NCBI GenBank assembly: GCA_965208905.1
Contig: OZ242365.1
Coordinates: 1,184,001 to 1,248,000, forward strand
DNA: 64,000 nucleotides
Reading direction: 5' to 3'
Source: Nitrosopumilaceae archaeon
Lineage (GTDB): Archaea > Thermoproteota > Nitrososphaeria > Nitrososphaerales > Nitrosopumilaceae
Below the pieces are notes generated by a model. It had not been told where the DNA came from and made no database searches. It worked only from the letters and a program-made list of their open reading frames with translations. Each line of letters starts with the position of its first letter. The stretch's first letter is position 1. This document shows, piece after piece, positions 1-10,600 of this stretch. A program made the position numbers and the translations under genes.

Positions 1-617
1 TACTGTAAATATTAGACCAATAACCATCAAAAAATATAGTCGCATAGTATTGGTAATGTAAACTATCTAAAAATTGTTGGGACTTGCACAATAGGTTATG
101 TGTGAATATTTTGTATTTTGTGTCAGGCACCAAAAAGTAGATTGCATTATGAGTTACGTGTAGTACCGCGTCTTTTGACTTGAATTTTGCCAGTTTAAAG
201 ATATGTGTAGTGCACTCTTCGATTAGATGTGTGTTGATCAAAAAGTATACCTCTTAATGTCTTCTGTTCAGCGGGCCTTGGCGACTATGTGCCTGATATA
301 ATCACACCAGAGATGAGCCGGCGTGGCGCGGTGGTAGGACCACAACCAAAGTCGACAACATACTGATGCATAGTGGTTTATGTTGATACAATGAGTCGCG
401 CTGGCACTAGATTTTGCCCGTCATGTATGAATTTGCTCAAAAAACATACTCAAAATCACACCGTATTTGTGGTCGGACTTTATCAACAAAACTGCTCTTG
501 TAGGATTGTGTGAACCCGTTCCAGCCATCAATCGTGCAATTTAGATCATTATATAATGTTGTATAAAGAAATTTCATCGAACAACGTATAAATTGACAAC
601 ATCATACCTTCTGATGC

Positions 618-1238
618 ATGGTAGAATATACACTTCCAGAGGTGCCATATGCATATGACGCTCTGGAACCACACATTGATGCCCAAACCATGGAGATACA
701 CCACACAAAACATCATCAGGCATATACGAACAACCTAAATGCCGCATTGGGAAAATGCTCTACAGATATTCAGGATATGGATATACTGGATATATTGTCT
801 GACTTGGACAAGGTGCCAGATGCGCAACGAAGAGCTATAAACTTTAACGGTGGCGGATACGACAATCACCGTCTATTCTGGAACAGCATGAGCGGTTCTG
901 GTGGAGGGGAACCCGGCGGTGCTGTTGCTGACGCTATATCAAAATCCTTTGGTGGATTTAGCCAGTTCAAGGAAAAGTTTTCATCTACTACTGCTGTGAT
1001 ACAGGGTAGTGGTTGGGGATGGTTAGTATACAATCCAACCTCAAAACTTGTTGAGTATACGTCGATGCCAAATCAAACCAGTCCTAGAACCGAGGGTCTA
1101 GTACCACTATTGGGTTGTGATGTATGGGAACACGCATACTATCTCAAATATCAAAATCGTCGTCCAGACTATATCTCCTCTTGGTGGAATGTAGTGGATT
1201 GGAACGAAGTTGAAAAGAGACTAGCAGATGCTACTTGA
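618..1238 (+). CDS. sod: Fe/Mn superoxide dismutase
   Basis: HHTKHHQAY and DVWEHAYYLKYQNRR motifs. Confidence 0.97.
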   Translation: MVEYTLPEVPYAYDALEPHIDAQTMEIHHTKHHQAYTNNLNAALGKCSTDIQDMDILDILSDLDKVPDAQRRAINFNGGGYDNHRLFWNSMSGSGGGEPGGAVADAISKSFGGFSQFKEKFSSTTAVIQGSGWGWLVYNPTSKLVEYTSMPNQTSPRTEGLVPLLGCDVWEHAYYLKYQNRRPDYISSWWNVVDWNEVEKRLADAT

Positions 1239-1449
1239 TTACAATATTGTAGTTTTTTATTATGTATGATTTACTCTCTCTGTGTTGCCAAACTGTGCAG
1301 TTTGTGGAAAGTCATGTAGGGATGATATACAGTTTCTGAACCATATGATGGAAAAACACGGATTTAGAAACCCCAATGTGGGAAAACCCGATAGAAATAG
1401 TCGTGGATACTGAATTTTGATTTTTTTTGTACGTATGGTTTTATCTACT

Positions 1450-2901
1450 CTATATGTTGCGCAGGTAATCCAACAGCAATCTGACACCGAATCCCGTGGC
1501 TCCTGGCACATTGTAGGAACGCTTCTTTGATGGAGACTGCATCCATGCTGTACCTGCAATGTCTAAATGTAGCCATGGTGTACTCTTTACTGCACTTTTG
1601 AGAAATGCGGCCGCTACTATGGTCCCAGCAGCTTTTCCTAACCCTAGATTTCTAATGTCCGCAACCTTTGATTTGATCATCTCCATGTAATCTGAATTTA
1701 GGGGTAAACGCCATACATTCTCGGCAGTCCGTATACCAGACTCGTACACATCCGAAGCCAAATCATCATTATCGGACAACATCCCTGCAGTATCACATCC
1801 TAGTGCTATTATGCTTGCACCAGTCAATGTGGCCAAGTCTATTATACATCTGGGAGAGAACTGCTCTTCTGCATATGCTATAGCATCAGCAAGAATTAAC
1901 CTTCCTTCAGCATCAGTGTTTAGTATCTCGGCAGTCTTGCCTCCATACAAGCGTATTATGTCTCCTGGGCGATACGATTGACCTCCAGGCATATTCTCAA
2001 CTGCGGGTATTAATCCTACTACATTAATCGGTAGACCAATCTCCGATATGGCCTTTATAGTTCCAAGCACTGCGCAGCCACCACATTTGTCAAACTTCAT
2101 CTCATCCATCCGTTCGCCGGGCTTTAGTGATATGCCACCAGTATCGAATGTGACTGCCTTGCCTACTAAGGCTACGGGAGGTCCATCTCCACCGTTATAC
2201 TCTAAAACTATGAGGCGTGGAGTGTTGGCACTACCCTGTCCTACCGCACTGATTCCGCCAAAACCCCCCTCTGTCAGATCAGAGCCGGACAGTACGGTGC
2301 ACTTTACATTCTCATTTTGTGATATGGCATCCGCAAATTCAACTAACTTTGCTGGTGGGCACAAATTGGGAGGCTGATTTGCTATGTTTCGAGTAAATAT
2401 TACTCCTTCCGCCGTTAATTTGGCCATTCTTACGGCCTCCTCTACATCTTGTTTACATATTATGGTGAGATCCGGCTTTGGATCAGCTTTTTCGATTTTG
2501 TAGTCATCAAAATCGTACAGTGCAAGCATAACTCCCTCTACAATCTGTGATACTACATTATGATGGCCTTTTGTATCTGGACACACAATGGCAAACTGTT
2601 TTACCTTTAGTTCCCGAGCTCTTTTTGATATAACCCCCGCAATGTCACGTATAGTATCCGGAGTAATGTTGGAACCTGACCCCGCAAACAAAAGTCGAGG
2701 AGTGTCTTCTAGATGAGTTGTGGTGGTTACAACCTTGCCTAATCTTCCGTCCAAATCACCAATGCACTGATCTACAATAGATTTTATGTCATATGTGGCA
2801 GACTTTAACTCCAATGCGTCATTGGACTCTGGGTTTATGATATGACACAGTAGGTCTGTCTTTACATCTAGAGGGTTTGCTACAACCGACGATACATTCA
2901 C
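1450..2901 (-). CDS. pepA: Leucyl aminopeptidase (M17)
   Basis: GKAVTFDTGGISLK, NTDAEGRLILAD and ATLTGA motifs. Confidence 0.95.
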   Translation of the reverse strand: MNVSSVVANPLDVKTDLLCHIINPESNDALELKSATYDIKSIVDQCIGDLDGRLGKVVTTTTHLEDTPRLLFAGSGSNITPDTIRDIAGVISKRARELKVKQFAIVCPDTKGHHNVVSQIVEGVMLALYDFDDYKIEKADPKPDLTIICKQDVEEAVRMAKLTAEGVIFTRNIANQPPNLCPPAKLVEFADAISQNENVKCTVLSGSDLTEGGFGGISAVGQGSANTPRLIVLEYNGGDGPPVALVGKAVTFDTGGISLKPGERMDEMKFDKCGGCAVLGTIKAISEIGLPINVVGLIPAVENMPGGQSYRPGDIIRLYGGKTAEILNTDAEGRLILADAIAYAEEQFSPRCIIDLATLTGASIIALGCDTAGMLSDNDDLASDVYESGIRTAENVWRLPLNSDYMEMIKSKVADIRNLGLGKAAGTIVAAAFLKSAVKSTPWLHLDIAGTAWMQSPSKKRSYNVPGATGFGVRLLLDYLRNI

Positions 2902-3237
2902 AACAATGCGACGTTGCCAGTATATTTAGATGTCACTGATCCTGCTAACTGATTTGTAGAGTCATAAAAGCATGAAAAATATCGGCATGGGACGATATAG
3001 ATAATACCAGGTAGGCCACTGCATATGCAATAATCTGTATTTATGTAGACTTCAGAGTTTATACATAATCAAAATAATTTGATGTCAATGTGTGACGTCC
3101 CACAAATATAGAGAATTTCATAATTTATGCTCCATGGAACAAGTTCTTTATCACATACGTACCTTTATCGCTATACATTGGCCTTAAAATGAGGTGTATC
3201 AGGTCACATATATAATTCAGAATTATATGGAAGACTC

Positions 3238-4152
3238 ATGGAATCAGTAAACTTTTCTCTACTAGCCAATCAAAAAATTGCAAATACACTGGGTAAGAGA
3301 GGTACCCAATCAGATATTACATTATATGATAGAAAGGAGCGTGATACAATACGAACATGGGTGCGCCCCCATGGATTTCCTGACAAGATACAACCCCTTA
3401 TGCAGGCGATAAATTTGGGCGAATATGCTATACTCTGTCTTGATGCTCTGGACAAGTTTGCGGGGGAGCAGATATTGGCCCTGGACCTGTTGAGTGTAAA
3501 AGATGGTATACTGAGTCATACACATGATGTGGACCACAATTCATTACTCCGAGCGATACGCGGTACAGTTCTGGAAAACTATAGGTATGTTGAACCTGAT
3601 GATATACGCCGTGCAACAATGGACTTTGAACCATTACATTCTGCTGGAGATACCAACATTGTTGTGGATCATTGCTTTGATGTGCAGGGAGCGGGGACAA
3701 TAATACTGGGCAAGGTGATGTCTGGAACTGTCTCAAAGTATGATGAACTCACACTGTATCCTGCTGACACTTCGGTGTTGGTCAAGTCTATACAGATGCA
3801 TGATGATCCCGTTGATACCGCATCTTCGCCAGCCCGAGTAGGACTTGCTATAAAAGGTGTAAAGCCAGATGATGTTCGTCGGGGTGATATGCTGTGCAAT
3901 TACAAATGCCCTGTGACATCTACACTAAGCGTTGACTTTACAAAGACTCCATACTATGATGGCGATGTGATACGTGGTCAGATGTGCCTTGTCAATCTGG
4001 GATTGCAGGTGGTATCTGGCAAGTTTGTCTCCACAAATCCAGTGTCAATAAAAACAGATAGACCGGTATCTTATGGTGTATACTCAAACTGTATTATACT
4101 GAAACCAGAATATAAAATTCGTATAATGGGTGGAGGTACAGTATCCAACTAA
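3238..4152 (+). CDS. SelB-like/EF-Tu domain-II protein with degenerate G domain
   Basis: VDHCFDVQGAGTIILGKV and VKSIQMHD...RVGLAIKGV beta-barrel; no intact P-loop visible. Confidence 0.75.
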   Translation: MESVNFSLLANQKIANTLGKRGTQSDITLYDRKERDTIRTWVRPHGFPDKIQPLMQAINLGEYAILCLDALDKFAGEQILALDLLSVKDGILSHTHDVDHNSLLRAIRGTVLENYRYVEPDDIRRATMDFEPLHSAGDTNIVVDHCFDVQGAGTIILGKVMSGTVSKYDELTLYPADTSVLVKSIQMHDDPVDTASSPARVGLAIKGVKPDDVRRGDMLCNYKCPVTSTLSVDFTKTPYYDGDVIRGQMCLVNLGLQVVSGKFVSTNPVSIKTDRPVSYGVYSNCIILKPEYKIRIMGGGTVSN

Positions 4153-4267
4153 TTGTGTCAAAAAACTGTTATAATATTTTTAAACATGTCAAATATTCGA
4201 GCCCATACCAGGTTCCCCAGCCACAAATACCTACAAAATATGAGTGTAATTACAAATTCGACTGATA

Positions 4268-4348
4268 TATAATAAACTTGACTAAAGCCCATACATTGTA
4301 GATGTAATTTCGGCTAAAATTGGTACAAAAATCACTTAAACGTAGTAT
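4268..4348 (+). repeat. Dispersed repeat resembling the end of the IS630 relic at 58130
   Basis: aacttgactaaagcccatac...gtaatttcggctaaaattggtacaaaaatcacttaaacgtagtat aligns with aacttgattatggcccatac...gtaatttcggttaaaatctgtacaaaaatcacataaacatagtat (58137-58207). Confidence 0.65.
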
Positions 4349-4765
4349 ATGATCAATAGAACAACCCTCTGCTTTATACAAAAGTCATTTAAGAAATGAC
4401 TACGTAATATACTACAAGATCAAACAGGTTATGTTATTGTTGTTGTACATATTAATATGTGCAAATGGCGTTGTACGTGTATCGTCGTAGTGTGATGGTG
4501 ATGAAATATCATGCCTGAATAATTTTTCGATTAATAGACTATACGTTTACATCTAATATGCAAGAGGATTTATGATGCTGTAAATATGAGGCTAATCAAA
4601 AACTAATTAGAATAAACAAAACCATGACGTCACTACTGATGATAATTTGGATGTAAGTAGGGATGTCTTGGTCTGGCATAAAACGTCTAGTGGATTATGA
4701 TGATAGTGCTAAACCTGCACCACAGGAATAGCATTTTAACTTGTAGCATTATACATGTATGTGTA

Positions 4766-5140
4766 ATGAAGTTGTTTGGTGGCGGTGACCCACAAAAGAA
4801 AAAAAACGTTCAAAAAATCAAAGAGATAAAAAAATTAATCAAAAAAAAAGATTACGATGAAGCACTAAATGTGGGAATCAAATATTTGCACAATGTACCC
4901 GAGAATCCTGATGTTCTTTTTATAGTAGGTAGCATATATTACATGAAAAATAAACACAAATCAGCAGTGCCATACTTTGAAAAGGCCTTACAGATAGGCC
5001 GCTATGATACTGAGGTGTTGCTACTAAAGGGTAGATGCCACAAGCGTCTAGGCGAGACTAAAAAAGCCAATAACTGTTGGCAAGACATATTGGAGGTAGA
5101 TCCTAAAAACGACGAGGCGAGGCGCGAATTAAACCTCTAA
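4766..5140 (+). CDS. TPR-repeat protein
   Basis: TPR-like helices (AVPYFEKALQI, WQDILEVDPKN); start moved to MKLFGGG. Confidence 0.8.
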   Translation: MKLFGGGDPQKKKNVQKIKEIKKLIKKKDYDEALNVGIKYLHNVPENPDVLFIVGSIYYMKNKHKSAVPYFEKALQIGRYDTEVLLLKGRCHKRLGETKKANNCWQDILEVDPKNDEARRELNL

Positions 5141-5938
5141 ACTCATATCCAGAGATGGCGCCGAATTTGTAATATATCCTAATGATATATAATCTACTCC
5201 TGTTGCACCATATAATGTAATATTTTCAGCAGTAATGCCGCCAGAGGCTTCAAGTTTTACAGAGTTTCGTAGGCCTACTCTTTCTAACTCTAGTATGGCA
5301 TTCTGTATCTGGTCTGGGGTAAAGTTATCTAATAGAATGATGGGGGCTCCTAGCGTGGCGGCCAACATGCAGTCTGATGGTGTGTCCACCTCTACCTCGA
5401 ACTGCCTTTTTTGTAGTTGGGCCTTTTTTATAAGACACTCCAAAGATCCTTCTACAGATATGTGGTTGTCTTTTATCATGATCATCTCGCCTAGATTCAT
5501 ACGGTGACGCATACCTCCACCATCCTCTACTGCCTCCTTATCGAATATTCGTAGTCCCGGAGCAGTCTTGCGTGTAGCCAACAACCGCACGTCTTTTGGT
5601 ATGTTTGATACCAGCTGTTTTGTCAGTGTAGCAATACCACTCATGCGGGACATTAGGTTCAGGGCAGTACGTTCTAGTGACAGTATGTCGGCAGCATTAC
5701 CCTGTATACCCATTATGGTATCTCCACTATGTGCATACTCTCTATCCTGTATGATTACATGGGTCTGACAGTCTCTCATGTCGAATATGGTTGATACATA
5801 CTTCGTCCCAGATATGATGCCATCTTGTCTTGTTATTATGCGTGCCTGAATTGTAGTTTTGTCTAAAAGGGCACTTGTAGAATCCCCATCTACAAGATCC
5901 TCATGTATGAACGACTCTAATATTGCGCGTATGTTCAT
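5129..5938 (-). CDS. nadC: Nicotinate-nucleotide pyrophosphorylase (quinolinate phosphoribosyltransferase)
   Basis: TRKTAPGLR, HR..L...IMIKDNH, EVEVD, ILLDN and EASGGI motifs. Confidence 0.95.
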   Translation of the reverse strand: MNIRAILESFIHEDLVDGDSTSALLDKTTIQARIITRQDGIISGTKYVSTIFDMRDCQTHVIIQDREYAHSGDTIMGIQGNAADILSLERTALNLMSRMSGIATLTKQLVSNIPKDVRLLATRKTAPGLRIFDKEAVEDGGGMRHRMNLGEMIMIKDNHISVEGSLECLIKKAQLQKRQFEVEVDTPSDCMLAATLGAPIILLDNFTPDQIQNAILELERVGLRNSVKLEASGGITAENITLYGATGVDYISLGYITNSAPSLDMSLEV

Positions 5939-6123
5939 GTTACCTTAAGAGCATACTTGCCTTTGCGGCTAACCCCGAGAGTCTGCGCTATCTGGGATAT
6001 TTCGGGTTCTACAACTAGAACTATGCCAGCCCAATCTGGCGTCAAGTCCGATGACTTGCATGCAGGACATACTTTACCAGGAGTTACGAATTTGCATCGA
6101 CGACAAGCCATCTCTCGCACCAA
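5935..6123 (-). CDS. spt4: Transcription elongation factor Spt4 (RpoE'')
   Basis: CRRC..CPAC zinc ribbon, C-terminal GKYALKV; directly downstream of rpo7. Confidence 0.93.
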   Translation of the reverse strand: MVREMACRRCKFVTPGKVCPACKSSDLTPDWAGIVLVVEPEISQIAQTLGVSRKGKYALKVT

Positions 6124-6696
6124 TTATTTTTTCACCTCTGATTGATCAGAAGATTTGTCTATCTCTTCTTTGATCCATTCATCTGTTCCCAAGAATGGCT
6201 GCCTACACGTAATTCCTATCTTACCCATGGCTGCACCCTTGCTTAGTGATACGGCAGTTATACGAGACCTGAGTGTGGATCCTACGCGGAGTGTGCGACC
6301 ACTTTGATTGGCTATTATCATACCTGCTTTAACATCACTCTTTAGGTAGTCATCCATTACTTGAGAGAGGTGTAGTAAGGCATCGGTAGGCCCTATTCTG
6401 ACAAATGCACCAAAGTCGGTAATATCCACTATTTCGCCGTGTACTATTTCGTTTATCTTTGGCAGAAACGTGAGCGCTTCAAACTCTACTTTGTGAAATG
6501 TGCCCGCATCGCCAGATACCATCTTGCCCATTCCGTCTACATTTGCGTCTAATATCATAATGATGTATCCCAACTCCTGTGTTATGACGAACTCGTACTT
6601 GTTCTTGAGCGTGCTTATGGCTGCATTTCGTAGCGCAGATCCAAATAGGTTCGGAGGTATTCTTACCACATCAACCATTGTAGATATCGAAAACAA
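6124..6696 (-). CDS. rpo7: RNA polymerase subunit Rpo7 (E')
   Basis: DVVRIPP and S1 domain (FGAFVRIGPTDALLHLSQV); probable TTG start at 6696. Confidence 0.95.
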   Translation of the reverse strand: MFSISTMVDVVRIPPNLFGSALRNAAISTLKNKYEFVITQELGYIIMILDANVDGMGKMVSGDAGTFHKVEFEALTFLPKINEIVHGEIVDITDFGAFVRIGPTDALLHLSQVMDDYLKSDVKAGMIIANQSGRTLRVGSTLRSRITAVSLSKGAAMGKIGITCRQPFLGTDEWIKEEIDKSSDQSEVKK

Positions 6697-6864
6697 CTGT
6701 GATAGCTTTGTCAAAGTTTTATTTTATGAACCTTTCGGGATGTATGGCCTTGTCCAAAAACCCTAAAAATCACTAGTGATGTTTAATTACCAAATCTGGA
6801 TGTTCGTCAAACAACGGCCAGTCTACCGAAAAGTATTTTGATCTGAGGATCGTAACATCAACAA

Positions 6865-7429
6865 ATGAGCAAAAAATATGTAAAGACAAGGCAGACTAGC
6901 CCCAACCGAACCAGAAGCGAGAACAATCCCAACAGGATAAAAAACGACCCACAGATGGACTGGACCGAGTACAACAAGGGCCGTCATTCGAAAGGTCAAA
7001 GATTCGTCCGGCGGATGTGTCGGATAGCCGACATTACACGTGATATACTGGGTACAGCGCCAGGCACGCGCGATCGGCGCGTGTCAACCATATTGATGTC
7101 CATACTCAAAAGCGAAGAGAATCTCTCCTACTGGAGTCTAATCAAACACTTTGATAGGCACCCCGATGACCGGGGCTGTGCGAGCTGCCGGGCCGTATTA
7201 TACATCATGGTATCAGCTCCGCATATCGGATATAGATCCAGCAGTACTGCAGAAGCTTATCGCCCGGATGGCCGGCGATGCAGTCCACAGTACCCCACTG
7301 GTCGACTCCAGCGGTTTTCAGCATAACCAAATACATGGACTGGCAGAATGCAAAGTACGGCACGCTTAGCATGAAACTGTTCTGCAAACTGCACACCATG
7401 CACACACTGCACGGCATGGCGTGCGCCGT
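6865..7429 (+). pseudogene. IS5-family transposase relic, frameshifted and interrupted by a MITE
   Basis: DWTEYN, VDSSGF and W..AKYG...KLH segments lie in three different frames and are GC-richer than the flanks. Confidence 0.7.
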
Positions 7430-7748
7430 GGTTCTCGGGCAAACACTGTGGATTAGGTAAATTACATACTTCATTCGTATTGTACAATCTGTTTTATTGC
7501 GAAACGGAGTATCTAGGCCAAGGACGCGACCAAATTTGTCGCATCCATGTCGTTCGTAATCGGGGCCGAGAATAGCCACAATTGCGTACCCAAGCCCATA
7601 CTGACCAAGATGGGCAGTTCCAAAAGAGTCAGATACACCATACAAAACGATCAGATTCTGGTCAGCAACACCGATTCGCAATAGAGTAAATCACGCAATA
7701 CGCATAAAGTACGTAATTTACCTGATCCACAGTGTTTGTCCGAGAACC
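7430..7748. mobile_element. MITE (319 bp) with 53-bp terminal inverted repeats
   Basis: 7430-7482 (ggttctcgggcaaacactgtggattaggtaaattacatacttcattcgtattg) matches the reverse complement of 7696-7748 with 5 mismatches; no transposase inside. Confidence 0.85.
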
Positions 7749-7946
7749 GAACTTTGCGGCGTGATGTATCTTACCATGTGTCATCGATACTACCATGGTC
7801 TCTCCTACGCCTCATGTAGTACTGTATAATGTATGACGTTTGAACTACCGCCGTCGGACGAACTACATCACTGTTGTGGTGTATACTTGTGGGACACAGC
7901 CGTGAAAACCTTCAATTATAAATAACGTGATTGTATCTAAAACACC

Positions 7947-9026
7947 ATGGTGGGCGTAGATCAGGTTTTGGAAAAATTAAGTACTGTGATTGATCCCGAC
8001 CTCAAAAAGGATATTGTGTCCATGGGGATGATCAAAGATATGGAATTAGACGCGGGCAACTTACGTTTCACATTGGAGTTGACCACCCCCGCCTGTCCAT
8101 TCAATGTAGAAATTGAAGAAGATGTACGTAAGGCTATAGGCGAGCTAGATGGCATTAACAATTTTGATCTGAGTGTAACGGCAAAGGTAATGGAGGGTAG
8201 ATCTCTAGAGGATGATACAACCATGAAGACAGTCAAAAATATAATCGGAGTGGCTAGTGGAAAGGGAGGCGTGGGAAAGTCCACGGTCTCTCTTAATTTG
8301 GCACTGGCACTACAACAAAGTGGAGCTAAAGTAGGTCTATTGGATGCGGACATTTATGGTCCTAGCATACCTCTAATGCTGGGTATGGCTGATGGCGATT
8401 TGGAGGTTGAAGACAACAAACTGCAGCCTGCTACATCCCACGGACTTCGTGTAATCTCGTTTGGATTCTTCTCTCAACAGTCTCATCAAGCGGCCATATA
8501 TAGAGGACCTATAATATCTGGAGTCCTAAGACAATTTCTTGTGGATACGAACTGGTCCAATCTGGACTATCTGATAGTAGACTTGCCTCCGGGCACAGGC
8601 GATATTCCACTGACATTGGCACAAACGATACCTATTACGGGCATATTGGTAGTCACCACACCTCAGGATGTGGCGAGTAATGTGGCTGTCAAGGCTATTG
8701 GTATGTTTGAAAAACTAAATGTTCCTATTCTGGGGGTTGTGGAAAATATGAGCCAATTTATATGCCCAACCTGTTCTAGCTCGCATTACATATTTGGTCA
8801 GGGCGGTGCTCAAAAAATTGCTGAGCAATTTAGCATACCATTTCTGGGTGAGATTCCACTAAATTCGGGTATAATGTCTGGTTCTGATCTGGGAAAACCT
8901 ATCATGATAACCAGTCCAAAGTCAGAAGGTGCTGCCGCATTTAAAAACGCTGCACAGAACATTGCAGCACAGTGTAGCATTGTCGCAGCCAAATTACGTG
9001 AGGAAGTAGACGCTGAGGCATCTTGA
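7947..9026 (+). CDS. mrp: Mrp/NBP35 (ApbC) Fe-S cluster carrier ATPase
   Basis: N-terminal DUF59-like LTTPACP, SGKGGVGKS, DADIYGPS, DLPPGTGD and ENMS..CPTC. Confidence 0.95.
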   Translation: MVGVDQVLEKLSTVIDPDLKKDIVSMGMIKDMELDAGNLRFTLELTTPACPFNVEIEEDVRKAIGELDGINNFDLSVTAKVMEGRSLEDDTTMKTVKNIIGVASGKGGVGKSTVSLNLALALQQSGAKVGLLDADIYGPSIPLMLGMADGDLEVEDNKLQPATSHGLRVISFGFFSQQSHQAAIYRGPIISGVLRQFLVDTNWSNLDYLIVDLPPGTGDIPLTLAQTIPITGILVVTTPQDVASNVAVKAIGMFEKLNVPILGVVENMSQFICPTCSSSHYIFGQGGAQKIAEQFSIPFLGEIPLNSGIMSGSDLGKPIMITSPKSEGAAAFKNAAQNIAAQCSIVAAKLREEVDAEAS

Positions 9027-9538
9027 TACTGCCCGAGAAGCACAGGCATCTTTTTACAAACCCGATGGGTGAGTTGATTGATGATTCTAAAGTAAGTCGT
9101 GACTACATCATAAAAAAGATTGATAACGCTCCCCATGTAATTACCGTGGGTGACCGAACTACTGAGAGGCTGCTATCGTTTGGTATAATTCCAGACTTGC
9201 AGATAGTGGATGGCCTAGAAAAGAGACGAGCCCGCCCTCTCCCGCAGAGCTCGGCTTATATTGTAACGTGTAAAAATCCCCCATCCCACATCACTGATGA
9301 TGCTATATCTACAATAATCGAAGCATATGCGTCTGAGCGCCCAATCTGTATACGGGTGCACGGTGAGGAAGACTTGTTGTTGATCCCCGCATTAATTCAT
9401 GCACCGGATCACTCTTTGTTGATGTATGGCCAACCAAATCACGGCCTAGTGTTGGTGCGGGCAGATCCGGTAACTAGGAACCGGGCTCAACAATTATTGG
9501 AATTGCTGGAGAGGGATGATGAGACGGTGGCTGTATGA
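9023..9538 (+). CDS. GTP-dependent dephospho-CoA kinase (DUF359)
   Basis: TVGD, NPP, GEEDLL and YGQP motifs. Confidence 0.88.
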   Translation: MILPEKHRHLFTNPMGELIDDSKVSRDYIIKKIDNAPHVITVGDRTTERLLSFGIIPDLQIVDGLEKRRARPLPQSSAYIVTCKNPPSHITDDAISTIIEAYASERPICIRVHGEEDLLLIPALIHAPDHSLLMYGQPNHGLVLVRADPVTRNRAQQLLELLERDDETVAV

Positions 9539-9622
9539 TGCGATGATGAAAAAAGCACAGCGGATCTGACCCTCAGCAATCTGTATGCTATCGGCAAAAC
9601 GATATTTAGCCACGTACCTCCA

Positions 9623-10018
9623 TTGTGTTTACGCATGAAGATTACGCCGAACCTTCGGGCATCTGTATTGGAGATGGTGGAGACGTATGCTACCAGATTT
9701 AGTGTGCCAGCTCCACGCATACTACTTAGTACCCGGGAGGTCTTGAACATGCCAAAACATGTGACTGCTGGTCGAAGGACTACTGCCTACAAGTACTATG
9801 GTGTCGCATATATGCAGTATAACGTAGTGTTTCTCAATATAAGAAAAATTTCAGATATGAAGGTACTGGAGAAGACAATAGTCCATGAGATTGCCCACCT
9901 GAGATTTCCGTATCTGGCACACGGTAAACGATTCAATAATATTGTGAAGAAGGGGTTGAGGGGGTCCACTTTTAGGCCATATGTAAGACGGAGCATAAAA
10001 TATCAATACATCAGATGA
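9623..10018 (+). CDS. Small HExxH zinc-metalloprotease-like protein
   Basis: IVHEIAHL...HGKRF, YgjP/SprT-like spacing. Confidence 0.65.
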   Translation: MCLRMKITPNLRASVLEMVETYATRFSVPAPRILLSTREVLNMPKHVTAGRRTTAYKYYGVAYMQYNVVFLNIRKISDMKVLEKTIVHEIAHLRFPYLAHGKRFNNIVKKGLRGSTFRPYVRRSIKYQYIR

Positions 10019-10136
10019 TAAAATTACAGACTCAGACTTGTCTTACGTGGCGGTCTATGAAAATAAGATCAAACTATGACAACCCATCACTGTATAGTCT
10101 CTAAAACCATTTATTTGGGCGAGGTGGCAAATTGAT

Positions 10137-10589
10137 ATGGAAGGCGAAGATGTTCCTACCTTTGAATGCAAAAGTAATGATGGCAGTGTTATAAGTTCAA
10201 CTGATCTATTAGGCAAAAAACATGTCATATACTTTTACCCGAGAGATTTTACATCTGGTTGTACTACAGAAGCTGATGAATTCACCAAAGCACATGCTGA
10301 ATTTATCGATGCGGGCATACAGATAATTGGCGTCAGTCCCGACACGGTTGAATCCCACGCAAAATTTTGCAGTAAATTGAGTATACCATATCCCTTACTC
10401 GCAGATACTGACAAGACCATGGCAAATGCCTTTGGTGTGTGGGGGCAGAAGAAGTTTATGGGTAGAGAGTATATGGGAGTCCAACGAAGCACATTTTTGG
10501 TAGATGAGTCTGGCAAAATATTCAAAGCATATAAAAACGTAAGACCAAAAGGACATGCGCAAAAAGTCTTGGAAGCATTCATAAAATAA
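10137..10589 (+). CDS. bcp: Peroxiredoxin (BCP/PrxQ type)
   Basis: YFYPRDFTSGCTTEA and RSTFLVD motifs. Confidence 0.93.
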   Translation: MEGEDVPTFECKSNDGSVISSTDLLGKKHVIYFYPRDFTSGCTTEADEFTKAHAEFIDAGIQIIGVSPDTVESHAKFCSKLSIPYPLLADTDKTMANAFGVWGQKKFMGREYMGVQRSTFLVDESGKIFKAYKNVRPKGHAQKVLEAFIK

Positions 10590-10600
10590 AGAAAAATTTA

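Noticed and set aside
6746-7901. Outer TIRs for the IS5 relic (ggccttgtccaaaaa and ttgtgggacacagcc)
   Set aside because: Only about 11/16 matches and no target duplication, so the boundaries cannot be supported.
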